NCBI RefSeq assembly: GCF_001194135.2
Contig: NC_068994.1
Span: 17,427,386 to 17,491,385 of the forward strand
Reading direction: 5' to 3'
Origin: Octopus bimaculoides
Taxonomy: Eukaryota
DNA length: 64,000 nt
Numbering within the stretch: the stretch's first letter is position 1; each line of letters begins with the position of its first letter. Under the pieces are notes generated by a model. The model had not been told where the DNA came from. It did no database searches and saw only the letters and a program-made list of their open reading frames with translations. This document shows, piece by piece, positions 1-64,000 of the stretch. The position numbers and the translations under genes are program-made.

Positions 1-464
1 AGTGGCGAACCATGAGTTGAGACTGAGTCTCAAAGTTATGGTCATCATTACAGAGCCTGCGTAGACGGAAGAATTGGGAATGGAAAGCTTGGTGTGTTTA
101 GGAGGAGGAGGAGAAGTTGAGGTATAAGTGTAAGTTTGTGTGTTTGTAGTGGATCGAGGTGGTGAGAGTGGAGTGATGAATGCTGACCGAAATTGTCAAG
201 AAAGGAGATAGAGGTGTCAGAGATAGTGCAGAAGAAGTGGAGGGCAAGATGGAAAGATTTGACAAAAGAGAGGAAGGAGTCTAGATGTTCGCAGGAGAGT
301 GAGGTTGCATCGATACAGTCGTCAACATAACGGCCATATAGTTCGGGAGTGCAACCAGTGAAACTTGAGAATATTTGGTCCTCAACATAGCCAACGAACA
401 GGTTCGCATAGTTGGGGCCCATTTTCGTTCCTATGGCCACTCCCGAGACCTGATATATATACAC
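1..464 (-). mobile_element. Penelope-like element reverse transcriptase fragment
   Basis: ORF 48..464(-) reads YQVSGVAIGTKMGPNYANLFVGYVE...LYGRYVDDC, matching PLE RT motifs (QxxGxAMGxxMGPxYANLF, RYxDD). Cut at its 5' side by (TA)n and a gap. Confidence 0.85.
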
Positions 465-466
465 TA

Positions 467-500
<34 letters not shown>

Positions 501-928
501 NNNNNNNNNNNNNNNNNNNNNNNNNNNNNNNNNNNNNNNNNNNNNNNNNNNNNNNNNNNNNNNNNNNNNNNNNNNNNNNNNNNNNNNNNNNNNNNNNNNN
601 NNNNNNNNNNNNNNNNNNNNNNNNNNNNNNNNNNNNNNNNNNNNNNNNNNNNNNNNNNNNNNNNNNNNNNNNNNNNNNNNNNNNNNNNNNNNNNNNNNNN
701 NNNNNNNNNNNNNNNNNNNNNNNNNNNNNNNNNNNNNNNNNNNNNNNNNNNNNNNNNNNNNNNNNNNNNNNNNNNNNNNNNNNNNNNNNNNNNNNNNNNN
801 NNNNNNNNNNNNNNNNNNNNNNNNNNNNNNNNNNNNNNNNNNNNNNNNNNNNNNNNNNNNNNNNNNNNNNNNNNNNNNNNNNNNNNNNNNNNNNNNNNNN
901 NNNNNNNNNNNNNNNNNNNNNNNNNNNN

Positions 929-971
<43 letters not shown>

Positions 972-1008
972 GTATACATATGTTCTTATATATTTTGTAT
1001 ATATATTC

Positions 1009-1385
1009 CTCTATTTGTTTCAGTCATTTGACTGTGGCCATACTGGAGCACTGCCTTTTAGTCAAACAAATCGACCCCAGGACTTATTCTTTTGTAAGCC
1101 TAGTACTTATTCTATCAGACACTTTTGCCGAACCACTAAGTTACAGGGACGTAAACACACCAACATCGGTTGTCAAGCGATGGTGGGGAGACAGACAGAC
1201 ACACACACACACATATATGTATATACGACGGGCTTCTTTTAGTTTCCGTCTACCAAATCCACTCACAAGGCTTTGGTCGGCTTGAGGCTACTCTAGAAGA
1301 CACTTGCCCAAGGTACCACGCAGTGGGACTGAACCCAGAGCCATGTGGCTGGTAATCAAGCTACTTACTACACAGCCACTCATGT
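1009..1385 (-). mobile_element. tRNA-headed SINE, family A (abundant Octopus-type)
   Basis: Reverse complement of ggcgtaggagtggctgtgtggtaag...gtgagtggatttggtagacggaaactgaaagaagcccgtc...(TA/CA)n...gactgaaacaagtaaaagag. Many other copies (about 1880-2230, 12385-12830, 15740-16222, 33887-34239, 42301-42733, 47285-47665). Confidence 0.85.
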
Positions 1386-3650
1386 GCGTATATATATACA
1401 TGCATATATGTGTGTGTGTGTGTGTATATATATATTCTTATATATATACATTCTTATATATTATATATATGTGTGTGTGTGTATCTGTATAGATACATAC
1501 AGACAGATGCCTACGTACCATCAGGTATTATGAGGTCTAGCATTTTGTACAACTTAGAGGATTATAGTTGTTTCTCGTCTTAGGGTAGGTGTAATACAAG
1601 GGATTATATATATACATATACATATATTTTTGATATGTGTAGTGATTGTGTGTTGTTTGTGGAGTCTAGGTTACCGTGACTTATCATGACCTCATTTTGA
1701 GGTAGATGTAAATGCGTGTGATGTGAAACAGTTATAATTCCAAATCTGTTGAGTTACTGGGTAGAAAACATTACTTAACCTTGCCTATGTTTAGAAATAG
1801 ATAACTGGTCGATCTGCCTTGCTTTGGTCCAGTAGAGGATTTGACAGGCTACATTTTGAATTACACACATCTTTTATCTCTTTCAGTCATTAGACTGTGG
1901 CCATTCTTGGGTACCACCCTGAGGAATTTTAGTCAACCTAATCAACCCCATTAAGCTTGGTACTTACTCTATTGGTGTCTTTTACTGAAGCACTAAATTA
2001 ACAGTGATGTAAACACACCAACACTGGTCATCAAGTGGTAGGACAGACACAAACGCACACGCATGCGTACACACACACACACAATGGGCTTCTTTCAGTG
2101 TCTGTCTACCAACTCCACTCAGGTTTTTGTTGGCCTGAGGCTATAGTAGAAGACACTTGCCCAAGGTGTCAAACAGTGAGACTGAACCAAGAACCATGTG
2201 GTTGGGAAGAAAACTTCTTAACACACAACCACTGACAAATGCTAAGAAAGCATCAAAATTCTACTGGTTGACTGAATTTTGTTAGTACCTATGGACATCA
2301 CTAATGTATCATAGAGAACCAAACATTGAATGCCAGACTGAAAATCAGTCGAACTGATATAGAGTAACACTGGCCAAACAGCCAGTGATGTCACAAGAAG
2401 CTGGCTGGCTGTGTATAAATTAGCTATTATTGACAGAAGTAGCTTTTGTAACAAATATCAATTAGCACATCCAACCTAACTTGGATGCATTGTTTATAAC
2501 ACCGTATGCTGCAGTGATCATCCCCAAAAATCATTTTATGTAGATGACAAATGCTAAAAAGCATTAAAATTCTATCAGTTGACTAAATTTCATCAGCATT
2601 TGCAGGTGCCTTACTGTATCACATGATTTCACCATATTGTGGATCATCAGTAGTAGGAAGCCAAAATAAAGTATAATTTTGTTAATCCATTCCTAGTTAT
2701 GCTATATTCATGTCTTTTCACATAGAACTATCCAATTTCTAACTCTTTACATTCCAATATCTCTTCTGAACACTATGATTTTGCTGTTTTCATTATGATA
2801 ATCTCTGCATTTCTCATTATCTTAATTACTCTGTACAAATCAATCTCTTTCTTTACTTTCATACACACACACACACACACACACATGCGCATGCGTGACC
2901 CGTCTCTTACTCTTCTTATTCTAGATGTCTATAATGAATACTTTTATAGTCTCTTTCATTGCCTAAATAGCTGTCTGCCATTTCACTTATATATTTTTAT
3001 TGCTGATGAATGGATGCATTTGTTTTATGTTAAATGTTTTAATGTTTTAGTGTAGACTTATCCTATCACAATATCACAATGTCTCTGTGTATGATATATA
3101 TATATATGTGTGTGTGTTGGGTAACTGGTTACTGGAACTATACAATATATTTAGCTAGTGTCCATCAAGCACATCCACACATTTTATTCTAGCTTGGAAG
3201 CTACATCAGAGACTCAAGGGTAAAGAGTTTCATCTTGCAATTCATTTCTCGTAGTTATCAGTGTTTGATAAGTGCATTTGCACAAAATCTCAGTCCTTCA
3301 GTCACTAATGTAAATTAGCAGGTATAGCAAAATAATATAAACATTCTATTTTATGTATTGAGTCCTATTTCTTCTGTTAGCATAAGCAATCTTATATATA
3401 CTATATTATTTTATTTTATTGAAGCTGAAAAACTTCACAAGCTGTCTCTCAGAGTTTGTCAAAAATGATAAATAAGGGTCCCGCTATTACTTATTAAAAA
3501 CAATCTACACAAATGATTTGTTTATAGTGATAAAATGTTTGTGCTGTACATCAGCTCACTCCTTCCATCTAATCAGCATTGCTTGTACAGATGCCTGGTG
3601 TACCACACATCAGATGTCAATGTCATTGCAGAGCAACGAGAAGTGAAGTA

Positions 3651-4901
3651 TTAAGTTGTCTCATATGAAATGTTGCATTTGAAAAAGGAAACATTAAAAT
3701 TGTCTTTAAGTTTTAGAATATTTATTTATTTAATCAAAATATGATCCTTGTTCATTTATGACCTTCATCCAACGTTCCTGTTAGGCATATATTCCATCTT
3801 CAAAGAATTTGTCATCTTTTACACTGATAAACTGTTTGAATGCTTCAATTACCTCTTCTTTATTTAAGAATGTTTTATTGTGTATAGCAAGCTCGACGAA
3901 TTTAAATATGTGACAATCAGTAGGAGAGATATCAGGAGAATAAGGAGGATGTGCCAAAATTTCATAATTCTGGGTTTGCAACTTGTGGACCATAGCTTGA
4001 GAAGTGTGAGGCCATGCATTAGCATGAAGCAAAATTGGGCCATCTCTATTCTGGTTTGCTTCTTTTAATTTTTCATGCATAAAATCAATTTCCTGACAAT
4101 AGGCTGTTGCTGTTATAGTTTTTCCTTGTTTTAACAATCAATAATGAATAACCCCCTTTGTTGACCACCATACAGTGACCATCAACTTTTTAGTGTGTTA
4201 TGGTGGTTTTGGGTAGTGTTTTGGTGACCCTCCTGCATCTAACCACTGTCCTGTCCTCCTACTGTTATCATAAAGTATCCATTTCTCATCACATGTAATC
4301 AGTCAATACAAAAATAGTTCTCTTTCCAACCAAGAAATCAACATGGAACACGCTGTAAAGCATCTGTTTCTTTGAATCTCATTAAGTTGATGGGGGAACA
4401 AACCTATCCATCTTTTTGACTTTTCCAATTTCCTTCAAGTGTCAAGAAGCAGTTGTGGGAGATGTCTGGAGCTCTGATCCGATTTGTCGGACCGTTGTTC
4501 TCGGATTTTGTTTAACCAAAGCATTCAATTCATCATGCCGCATAACTAATTTTGGTCTCCATCTTGGTTCATTTTTAAGGCTTTCATGTCCTGAACGAAA
4601 CCTTTGGAACCATCTCTGAACAGTTCTAATGTCAACAGGATTGTCACCAAAAACCTGTTTGATGTTTCGTAGAGCTTTGGTGGCAGAGTGACCCAACTTG
4701 TATTCGTACAAGAAAATCACTCAGTATTGTTCAGTTGTCAACATTGTCATGAGAGCTGTAGGTAGCAATTTTGAATAATAGCATTGTCTAGAAAGAAAAA
4801 GAGTTAAGAATAAAGCATATACATAGAAACACATTAAAAATCCATTTATAGATGACTCATAAGAAACCCATTTAAAATAGATTTCATGTGAGACAACCTA
4901 A
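3651..4901 (-). mobile_element. Full-length degenerate mariner transposon (Hsmar1/cecropia-like transposase)
   Basis: 21-bp TIRs ttaagttgtctcatatgaaat (3651) and atttcatgtgagacaacctaa (4881-4901), 2 mismatches, TA on both flanks. Minus-strand ORFs IFLYEYKLGHSAT...RTVQRWFQRFRSG and GPILLHANAWPH...HPPYSPDISPTD; frameshifted. Confidence 0.95.
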
Positions 4902-7900
4902 TAGTTTGTCAAGATCACAATGCATTACCTGGCCTGAGAACTGAAACCACAATCATGCAATCATGACTAAAACTAGTCACTAAGCCATGTGGCTTTACTA
5001 TGTGTGTGTGTGTGTGTGTGTGTGCGTGTGCGTGCATGCAGATTTTTATGTTTTGCTATATGTGTGTATTTTCATGCATATAGTTGCATATCTAGACATG
5101 TTCCTATATATTTAAATGATAAACTTCTGCAAAGTTTTACAGATTTTTACAATTCCAGTGATGGATTGGATCTGTAGTCTTCGAATTAGCTTTCTTTTTT
5201 CTGGTTTTGAGAAGCCTAATTTCTTAAGATTGGTATTTTGGCAGTGTATTACATATCCAAGGGCCCCAATAATTACAGGTATAAACCTGAACTTGTAATC
5301 TGGATAGGGTAACTGCAGATTTCTCTATAGTTCAGCATAAGTGTTCTCTTTTTCATTGATCTTCAGCTTTATGTATGTATGTATGTATGGATGGATGGAT
5401 AGGCACTCAGAAATTCCAAGCGAGTATCCAGCGTGTTGGAAAACCACTGGAAGTGAGGTACTCCTCAACTTTTGTTAAAGCATGCCTCTTTGAGAAGGTC
5501 ACTCTGATATAAAACTGGATATGCAGGGAATGGCATTTTTGGGTATCTCTTGCTTTCACTTGAGATCATGGAATCATGATGCTCCCACACTTTTGAGCTG
5601 CAACCCATGCTAACACTAAGATATCTTGCTTAGGGTTGTCTCTGGATCACGTCAATAGAGTGGAGAAGGACTAGGAGGTGTTGTGCAAGCCTTGTTGGAC
5701 CTAAAATTTCGCACAGGCATTGCTTTGTCAGTTGATGGTCATATTCGTCTGAGTTGACATTTGACCAGAGAGAGAGGGGGAGGGGAGAGAGACACACATG
5801 CACTTCTACCATAGTACTGTGCAGTTGGATTGAATTTGAAATGATATGGTTGTGTGGTAAACTTTTTAGTCACATGGCCATGATTGTGCAATATTTTATA
5901 AAATATGCATACATTTCGTTTTTAATCTGAATTAATTTTGTTGTGTGATGAAAACTCAATAAAGTCCAAAATTTTTTTTTCCTCTGTGTATATCTGAGAA
6001 ATGGACTATGTGACATAAATCTGTTTGAGTCCATTTAACTTTTATGTGATAAGGACCATGTATGCTACCTAATCAGATTGTATAAACATATATAGATATG
6101 AAAAATCAATCATCCAATGATGTCGGTATGATGATAGATGTATTATATAAAATTACATGAGACATTAAAGCAAATGTGTAAATTCTATATAGAAATATCT
6201 AAGACCTGCTCTAAAATAGTTTTTCAATGTAAACAAAGCCTATAGAGCAAACGTGAGTGTGCCAACTGAAGTATTGCTAGAAAATTAGCACAAAATTTTT
6301 TGAAGTTGAGCAAAATTTGCGTGTGTGTGTGTGTACATGTACATGATCTGGCAGAGTTTCTACAGCTGGATGCCCTTCCTAATGCTAACCACTCCGAGAG
6401 TGTAGTGGGTGCTTTTACGTGCCACCAGCACGAGGGCCAGTCTTCAGACTATATTTTCACTATATGGAAATACAAGTATTTTCAATGATTTACTGATTTA
6501 CTTTATGAACATTTAAACTATCTCACTCTCTCTTCCCCTCCCTCTCCTTTAAAATTCATTTCATTTATTTCAACAATACTTAAACATCAATCCACTGAAT
6601 AAACAATAGAATATTTGTTAATAAAAGTAGTGTCAGGGTTAAAAAGGAAGAATTATAGAAAGAAGCTCTTCTGTCTAGAAAGGAAAAGCTGGTTTGTTTA
6701 AACTTCAGGCATGTTTATCCGAATTTCGTGATGAAAGAAATGAAGAATTGCAAAAGTTTTAAAACTGTAAACAAAGAGGCTGGCGTCTTATATAGGTGAA
6801 CTAATACCTGTGCAGCCTTTGAAAAGATGAGAACACAGATGCTTCTAAATCTATTTCATGACATGTGTATTGAGAAGAAAATTAAGTATTACTTTGCTAT
6901 TCATTTAGCTATCTTAGGTGTTAGGTTGTCTTTTTTTTACAAATATTGTGAAATTGTAATGTACTTATACTTGTCAAGACATTGTACTGTTACAGATTAA
7001 TCTGATGGCAGCAATGAAACTATCCATTTGCGTAATCTTATTTGACTTAGCAGTCCATTCACAACTGTTGTGGAGAGAATGTTTTGTTTTTTTTGTTTTT
7101 TGATCTGCCGTGAAATAATATACTTGCATTCTTGACTTTGCATTGATTTTTATCATATTCCTTTACTAGTTTCATCCATTGCACATTTGCCATGCTGGAG
7201 TACCACTTCATATGGTGAAAGGCAAAAGCTGGCTTGGATGGAAATAAATACTATAATATATTTTTGTTTGACACACCAATTCCACCACTCCTTAGCAATA
7301 CACACACACTCACACACACACGCACATTATCATTATTGTATACTCTTATTTGTTTTTATAAATGTTATAAATGGGTGCCTACATTTCACTAGAATATGCA
7401 TTTGCTGATGCTAATGTACTTGTTAGAAATAGTGAATGTATGTAGGATATACTAGATAAATCTTAATTATTTTTTACTTCATTTACTTGAAAAATTTAAT
7501 CCTTTATAATATTCAAGGGATTTCTAGAGACATTGCAACCCAAGAAAATCTATCTTCCTCTTTCTAGATCAGGACAAGCGAAAATGCATGTCTTCCCCTT
7601 GGACTTTTTACTTAAAATGTATCAGCTCAAACCCTTGAGATGTGAAGCTTTACACGCTAACCATCTTAAGGTACATATGTACACACACACACACACACAC
7701 CACATTTCTAGCATTATATTGTCTGCTGCATATCACTAGTCAATTTTGGGGGATCAGACCTGTACCACACAAGTTCCTAAGAGTAGCTAACTGGGTGTTT
7801 GTTTCTAGCAAAATTAATATAGCATGTTAGATAAAATTTTGTTTTTCATCAAGTATTTGTTGCAATATGATACAGGTATTTCATTAATTTTGAATGTAGG

Positions 7901-9479
7901 CAATTTCAGTAACAGTGCAGCTGCACTACTTCAGAGTGATTGTTCTGACTTCAAATACAATGCAATTGGATTTGTTCAGTCATTATTATTTGAGTAGCTT
8001 TTTCGAAATACCTAGCAGTCATTACTGGATATGTTATTGTCTTTATGACAGAGATCTAGAATATGTGTTCGATAGATACTATATTTTGCAGATTTCTAAT
8101 GCAGAATTTCTCCTAATGTTTTGATATGCACAAAGTATAATCTCCCTTAATTATTTTGAAGAAGTATTATATTACCTACTACAGCATGAACTGCAATATT
8201 ATAATCATATATAATCTTATCAAAGTTATTGTCATCAAAATTATTTTAAAATTATCTGCCTATTAGATAATCTTCTTTAGATTTTCATGGATCAGACCCA
8301 GATCACTATAACTTGAACTATCACCTACAGCTATTGTTTCAGTAGAGGAGATGATAGCAAGATCAAAATAGCAGGAGCGCTAGCTATGGGGATGTGGCAA
8401 ATGTATGGGAGTGGTGGTAGAACTGTATGCATAGGTGCTGGAAATGGAAGTAGTGGTATATTAAACTGGAAGTGGAGATAGTGTTGTAGGTCACACATAT
8501 ACATTAAATTAGGGAGGTAGGTAATTATAATCAATATGAATTAATATGTCTACAAGTTTCAAATTCATATTTCTCTGATGTTATTTTTATCTAAAAGACA
8601 CCATTCAAAATTGCGTGTGCGCACACGGACACACAGAAAAAAGAAACACAAATGTACTGTTGTTTAACTTAGAATAGTGACTAGTATGCTGTCCACAAGT
8701 GAAATTTAAATAAAAGATATAATTGTGATACACTCTTAGAAGCTAACCCAAGCTTTCCTTTCTTAATGATTTTGATACCTAAACTATATTAAACTGTTAT
8801 CTAGTAGAAATTGTTTAATTTTTAAAAATATTCTTTTACCTCTTTTTTTTTTGCATACAAATGTGTTCTCTAAACCACGAACATTTTCATGTACTGTAAC
8901 TGGAGTTTTATTTTATTTTTTTCTGTCAGCTGGTTACTCACCACTCCTGTGATACAGATCTATTTTCATCTAGATGTAAAACAAGCAATTCTTTTATTGC
9001 TGTCTGATCTCATGGCCTGTTAAGGGTTTCAAATACTTAACACACTTCAGTCACCATACTTTTAATGTTGTCCATAATTTGTTTGTTAAATTGTAACAAT
9101 TTCTCATATAAAACCCATACATACACATGACATACATACATCTGCCATATCCATAAAGTAATTATACTGTTTGTAACTAATAACTTTACTTCAGTATGAG
9201 TTGTAAAGTGAAATTCTAAACTACGTAAAAACTTTATCAAAACAACATTTTGGAGCTAAAATTTCTATGGGGAGCAAGCACAAAGACACACACACATATA
9301 TAATGTGACAGGCTTCCATACTGTTTCCATCTACCAGATTCACCCATAAGGCATTGGTCTGCCCAGATGTATAGTAGAAGACACTTACCTAAGATGCCAC
9401 TCAGTAGAACTAAATTTGAAACCAGGTGACTGCGGATTAAGCTTCTTAACCACACAACCAACAAGGATTCATCAATATA

Positions 9480-9770
9480 CAACCAATAAAACTGTATTGG
9501 ACTACTGGAAGTGCCAGGGTGATAATGGCTTCAATGAGATTTTTGGAGTTGAGTTGCTTTTAGTATGCAACTTACTCTCCTGTAATACTCCTTTCTTATT
9601 TTTTCCTACATAGTATCATGTTGTATACCATCTCCTTCGTTTATCCCCAGGTATTCATAGCTTTCTTGTGGGTCAAGCTCCTTGATTGTAGTGTTGGTAT
9701 CTAATTTAATGGAAGCTGTCTTGAGCTTACCTCTTACAAAAGTTGATGTTGATGTTAGATTGGCTCATTC
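9480..9770 (-). mobile_element. R4/Dong-like non-LTR retrotransposon RT fragment
   Basis: Manual minus-strand translation gives KTASIKLDTNTTIKELDPQESYEYLGINEGDGIQHD..EKIRKEYYRRV, typical of REL-endonuclease LINE RT C-terminal region. Abuts (TAT)n. Confidence 0.6.
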
Positions 9771-10300
9771 CATTATTATTATTATCATTATTAGCATGCT
9801 GGACGAAATGCTTAGCAGTATTTTGCCCGTTGCTATGTTCTTAATTCAAATTCCATCAAGGTCGACTTAGTATTTCATCCTTTCAGGGTTGACAAATTTA
9901 AGTACCAGTTAAGTACTGGGGTTGATGTAATTGACTCATCCCTTCCCACAAAATTGCTGCCCTTGTGGCAAATGTTGTTGTTGTCATTAAGTTAGTGAGA
10001 TGGCAGAATTGTTAGTGCAACAGACAAACTGCTTAGCAGCTTTTACTCTGGCTTTACATTCTGAGTTCAAATGCTATCAAGGTCAACTTTGCCTTTCATC
10101 TTTTCAGGGTTGATAAAATTAGTGCCAGTCAAGCACTTGGGTTGATAGTATTAACTAACAAGCTACCCACTAAATTTCAGGTTTTGTGCTTGTATTAGAA
10201 AAAAAATTATTATTTTTGAGAGGAGAGAACCAGATTTAATCTTTCATAATGTTATTTTGATTAAGATTAAGACAAATATTTCCCTTACTGTTACCTTTAA

Positions 10301-10517
10301 CCTTTTTAGCATTTAAACTGGCTATATCTGACTCAAATATTCTACCTGTCTTACATTCAAATTGGCCAGATGTGACCTTTCACATCTACCTTACAATGTC
10401 ATTCTAAAAATAAACAATCGCATCATCAAAATTTTGAAGCTACAAGATAATGCACCGAGTAATTTAAAACATTGTGAATAAATGTTACATTTCATTGAGT
10501 ATATGAATACTAAAAAG
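10301..10517 (+). mobile_element. piggyBac-type MITE, about 220-bp family (copy 1)
   Basis: ttaa|cctttttagcatttaaactggc...ctaaaaag|ttaa; homologous to copies at 20773, 38941 and 63446. Confidence 0.7.
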
Positions 10518-11395
10518 TTAAAACTATTGGTCATGATTTATAGCTAAAGCTTAAACTGTACTGTTGTTTTGATGTCGTGCTTTTTAAGTGGTGATGAAAC
10601 AGTATAGGACTAACAAGTTATTGTTTATATTTTTACTCATTCGTTTTTGACAATTTTAAGAATTTATTTTTGACATTGTCTTTAACATCAATTTATATTT
10701 ATTTATTTTAACTACTTCTATGTTTGGAAATTCTTTAAACTTTCTGTCACCACCTTGCTAGACCTATTGAAAAAAAAACATTTTACAGTTTATAAAAAAT
10801 TTGTATTAAAGTTTTTAATCAGTTTTATGTAAGAACTTGGTGTTTATATCATTTCTAAGTTTAATTGGAATACATAAGTATTCATTAAACATATGGTCAC
10901 ACAAGGGTTAAAGCTTTCAACCTTTATATGTATGACAAATGAGTTATTCATTTTGACTGTAGATAACTTAGTAAGGCTGACTCTGTTTTCATCCCTCTAA
11001 ATAGGTAATGGTAAAGTTACCTTCTTGAGTCATACTGACTCATAAGGGCCAGTTTCCTGGTTTCCATGGCATATATATACCCCACCTAGATGGGACGCCA
11101 GTCTGTCACAAGATTACTAATTTTTGCCAGCTGAGTGGACTGGAGCAATGTGAAATGAAGTGCTTTGCTCAAGAACACAAAGTGTTGCCTGGTCCAGGAA
11201 TTGAAACCAGAATCTTACAATCATGAATCTAACACCCTAACCACTAAGCCACATACCTCCACATCCCTCTAGGCTTGGTAAATTTAAATTAAGTATCAGT
11301 AATATACTGAATTTGATGCAATTTATTACACCTTGTTAAAATAAAATCATTATTAAAATTGTATGTTGACACATTTATTTTTTTAATCATTACAG

Positions 11396-62331
<50,936 letters not shown>

Positions 62332-62674
62332 GTAAGTTTATCAGGACCTCCCCTCTCTCTCTCTCACACACACACACATCAGTTTAACTTTAAAATATAT
62401 TTCCTTAACGTATCAACCTGGCATAATTTTACTGCTTTGTTTTATGACTAACTGCGATGTTGAACATAATACAAGCAGATAAGTTTTTTTGTTGTTTCTT
62501 TATATTAGCAGCGACAGGAAAACGAATTTTACTGAAGCTACCATTAAACATTGCGAGTAGGATAAAATGTGTTAATATTATTTATATGTGATAATTGTTG
62601 TTGTTTAGTGCCAAGTTATCCCTGATCAAACAAACTGGGATCAAAGGGATTTCAAATACAAAAAGACATTGTCT

Positions 62675-62706
<32 letters not shown>

Positions 62707-63445
62707 CATACATACATTTTTTTCTCTCTTCATTTTTTTCCTTATTCTTTTCTGTCAAAGAGCACAGGCTGGAAATGTCAAAGACTTTTCCATTTTTCCC
62801 AAGCGTCAAATTAATACACCTTGCTTGTTGTTCCCTCATCTGTTTCTATATATATATATATATATGAGAGAAAGAGTGAGAGAGACAGTTGGCAAGAGCT
62901 GGGTATGCTCAGTATAGAAAACTCATCATAGTACTCAAAAGTTTTGGTCCAGGTAAGGCCCATACCATCAGGAATGGGTGTAGAAGAAATCCAAATTGAG
63001 CTGATATGAGGGAAGTAATAGAGATAAATACAGTTATGCTTGACAAAATTATACATTTACATGGAGTGCAAAAGTAAAATAGAGAATAAAAGTACAAATT
63101 AAGATAAGCTTATCTTATTCAGTATTTTTATTCTCTATTTCTTTGTGCTCCATATAAATATATTTATATGAAGCCTGTGTTTATCTTCATTACTTCCTAT
63201 ATAACATATATATATGTATACCTATATTGTTCAATTTATCCTTCTTCAAGTTGATGGGATATGATTTAGAAAAAATGTGGCAGCTATTTCTAGCAGATTG
63301 AGTGACCATATGTTTTCCATCTTTTGTGGCTCAGTGCCCCCTTTTAAAGAGTAGGATTTTGCAAACAACTCCCTTCCCATGTTGTAACAAAACATGAAAA
63401 ATGAAAAGCAGTAGATCATTTTAATCAAACTGAAGCCAGTTTTAA

Positions 63446-63665
63446 CCCTTTGGCATTTAAACTAGCCATATCAGACCCAAATATTCTACATGTTTTATGT
63501 TCAAACTGACCAGATTCAGCCTCTCACACCTACTATACAATGTCATTCTAAAAATATACTATCACCTCATTGGAATCTAGAAGCAACAAGATAATGCATG
63601 ATTAATTCAAACAACTTTGAACAAATAAGCATTACATTTGGCAGAATAATCTGAATGTTAATGGG
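63446..63665 (+). mobile_element. piggyBac-type MITE, about 220-bp family (copy 4)
   Basis: ttaa|ccctttggcatttaaactagcc...gttaatggg|ttaa. Confidence 0.85.
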
Positions 63666-64000
63666 TTAAGCAATGATATATTTATTCATATTATAGTATC
63701 CTGTCAAGCATGTGCCTCATTTCTAGAGGTTTGTGTCGACTAGTGCCCCCTATGGAAATGACTAAAAATGGAAACTTAAATAAGAAAATTATACTGGATC
63801 TTAGTGCATCATCAACCATGTCTCTGCTCAATAATAATGCAATGTTCTTCCTGTTCATATTTTAATCTTGAAAAATATTATTGTGAAAAAAATGTTTGAA
63901 ATACAAGTATTGCTTTAAATATTGTATTTATAAAGAAAATCGCTATACCTCTAAATACCCACTGCTTCCACTCCCATAACACACTTCGACATTTACTGTC

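Noticed and set aside
6709-6795. Possible upstream Sec15 exon (cag|G CAT...TAT AG|gtgaac, open and phase-compatible: MKEMKNCKSFKTVNKEAGVLYR)
   Set aside because: No similarity to the conserved EHExILxEIES...GPxLR N-terminus and a weak pyrimidine tract. Junction reads to 11396 would revive it.
7568-7670. Exon-like segment with a good pyrimidine tract and AAG|gtacat
   Set aside because: The frame needed to join exon 11396 contains a TGA stop, and there is no Sec15 similarity.

Overview
AT-rich eukaryotic genomic DNA with many microsatellite-flanked N gaps. The SINE and mariner repertoire looks like Octopus, which is an inference from repeat sequence. One protein-coding gene is supported: the exocyst subunit Sec15 (EXOC6/EXOC6B orthologue) on the + strand. 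Nine GT-AG exons (166, 139, 46, 205, 135, 69, 84, 47, 121 nt) splice into one open frame of 337 full codons. The first coding exon was not found and the 3' half lies beyond the window; one intron is 32.8 kb. The rest is transposon-derived: three mariner transposase relics, Penelope-like elements (RT, GIY-YIG, and a 3' end with an intact minimal hammerhead ribozyme motif), Tx1/L1, RTE and R4/Dong-like LINE fragments, a Gypsy integrase tail, piggyBac/hAT/TA-type MITEs and several tRNA-headed SINE families. Best leads: (1) the antisense hammerhead 120 nt downstream of an exon; (2) a small fold-back retro-inserted family present twice, each copy with a 12-bp TSD; (3) a 390-nt, stop-free, in-frame three-exon block bracketed by inverted SINEs (circRNA candidate); (4) a divergent Sec15 exon carrying KRAP-type SH3 and NPF motifs with an in-frame alternative donor. 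No CRISPR array, rRNA or true tRNA is supported.
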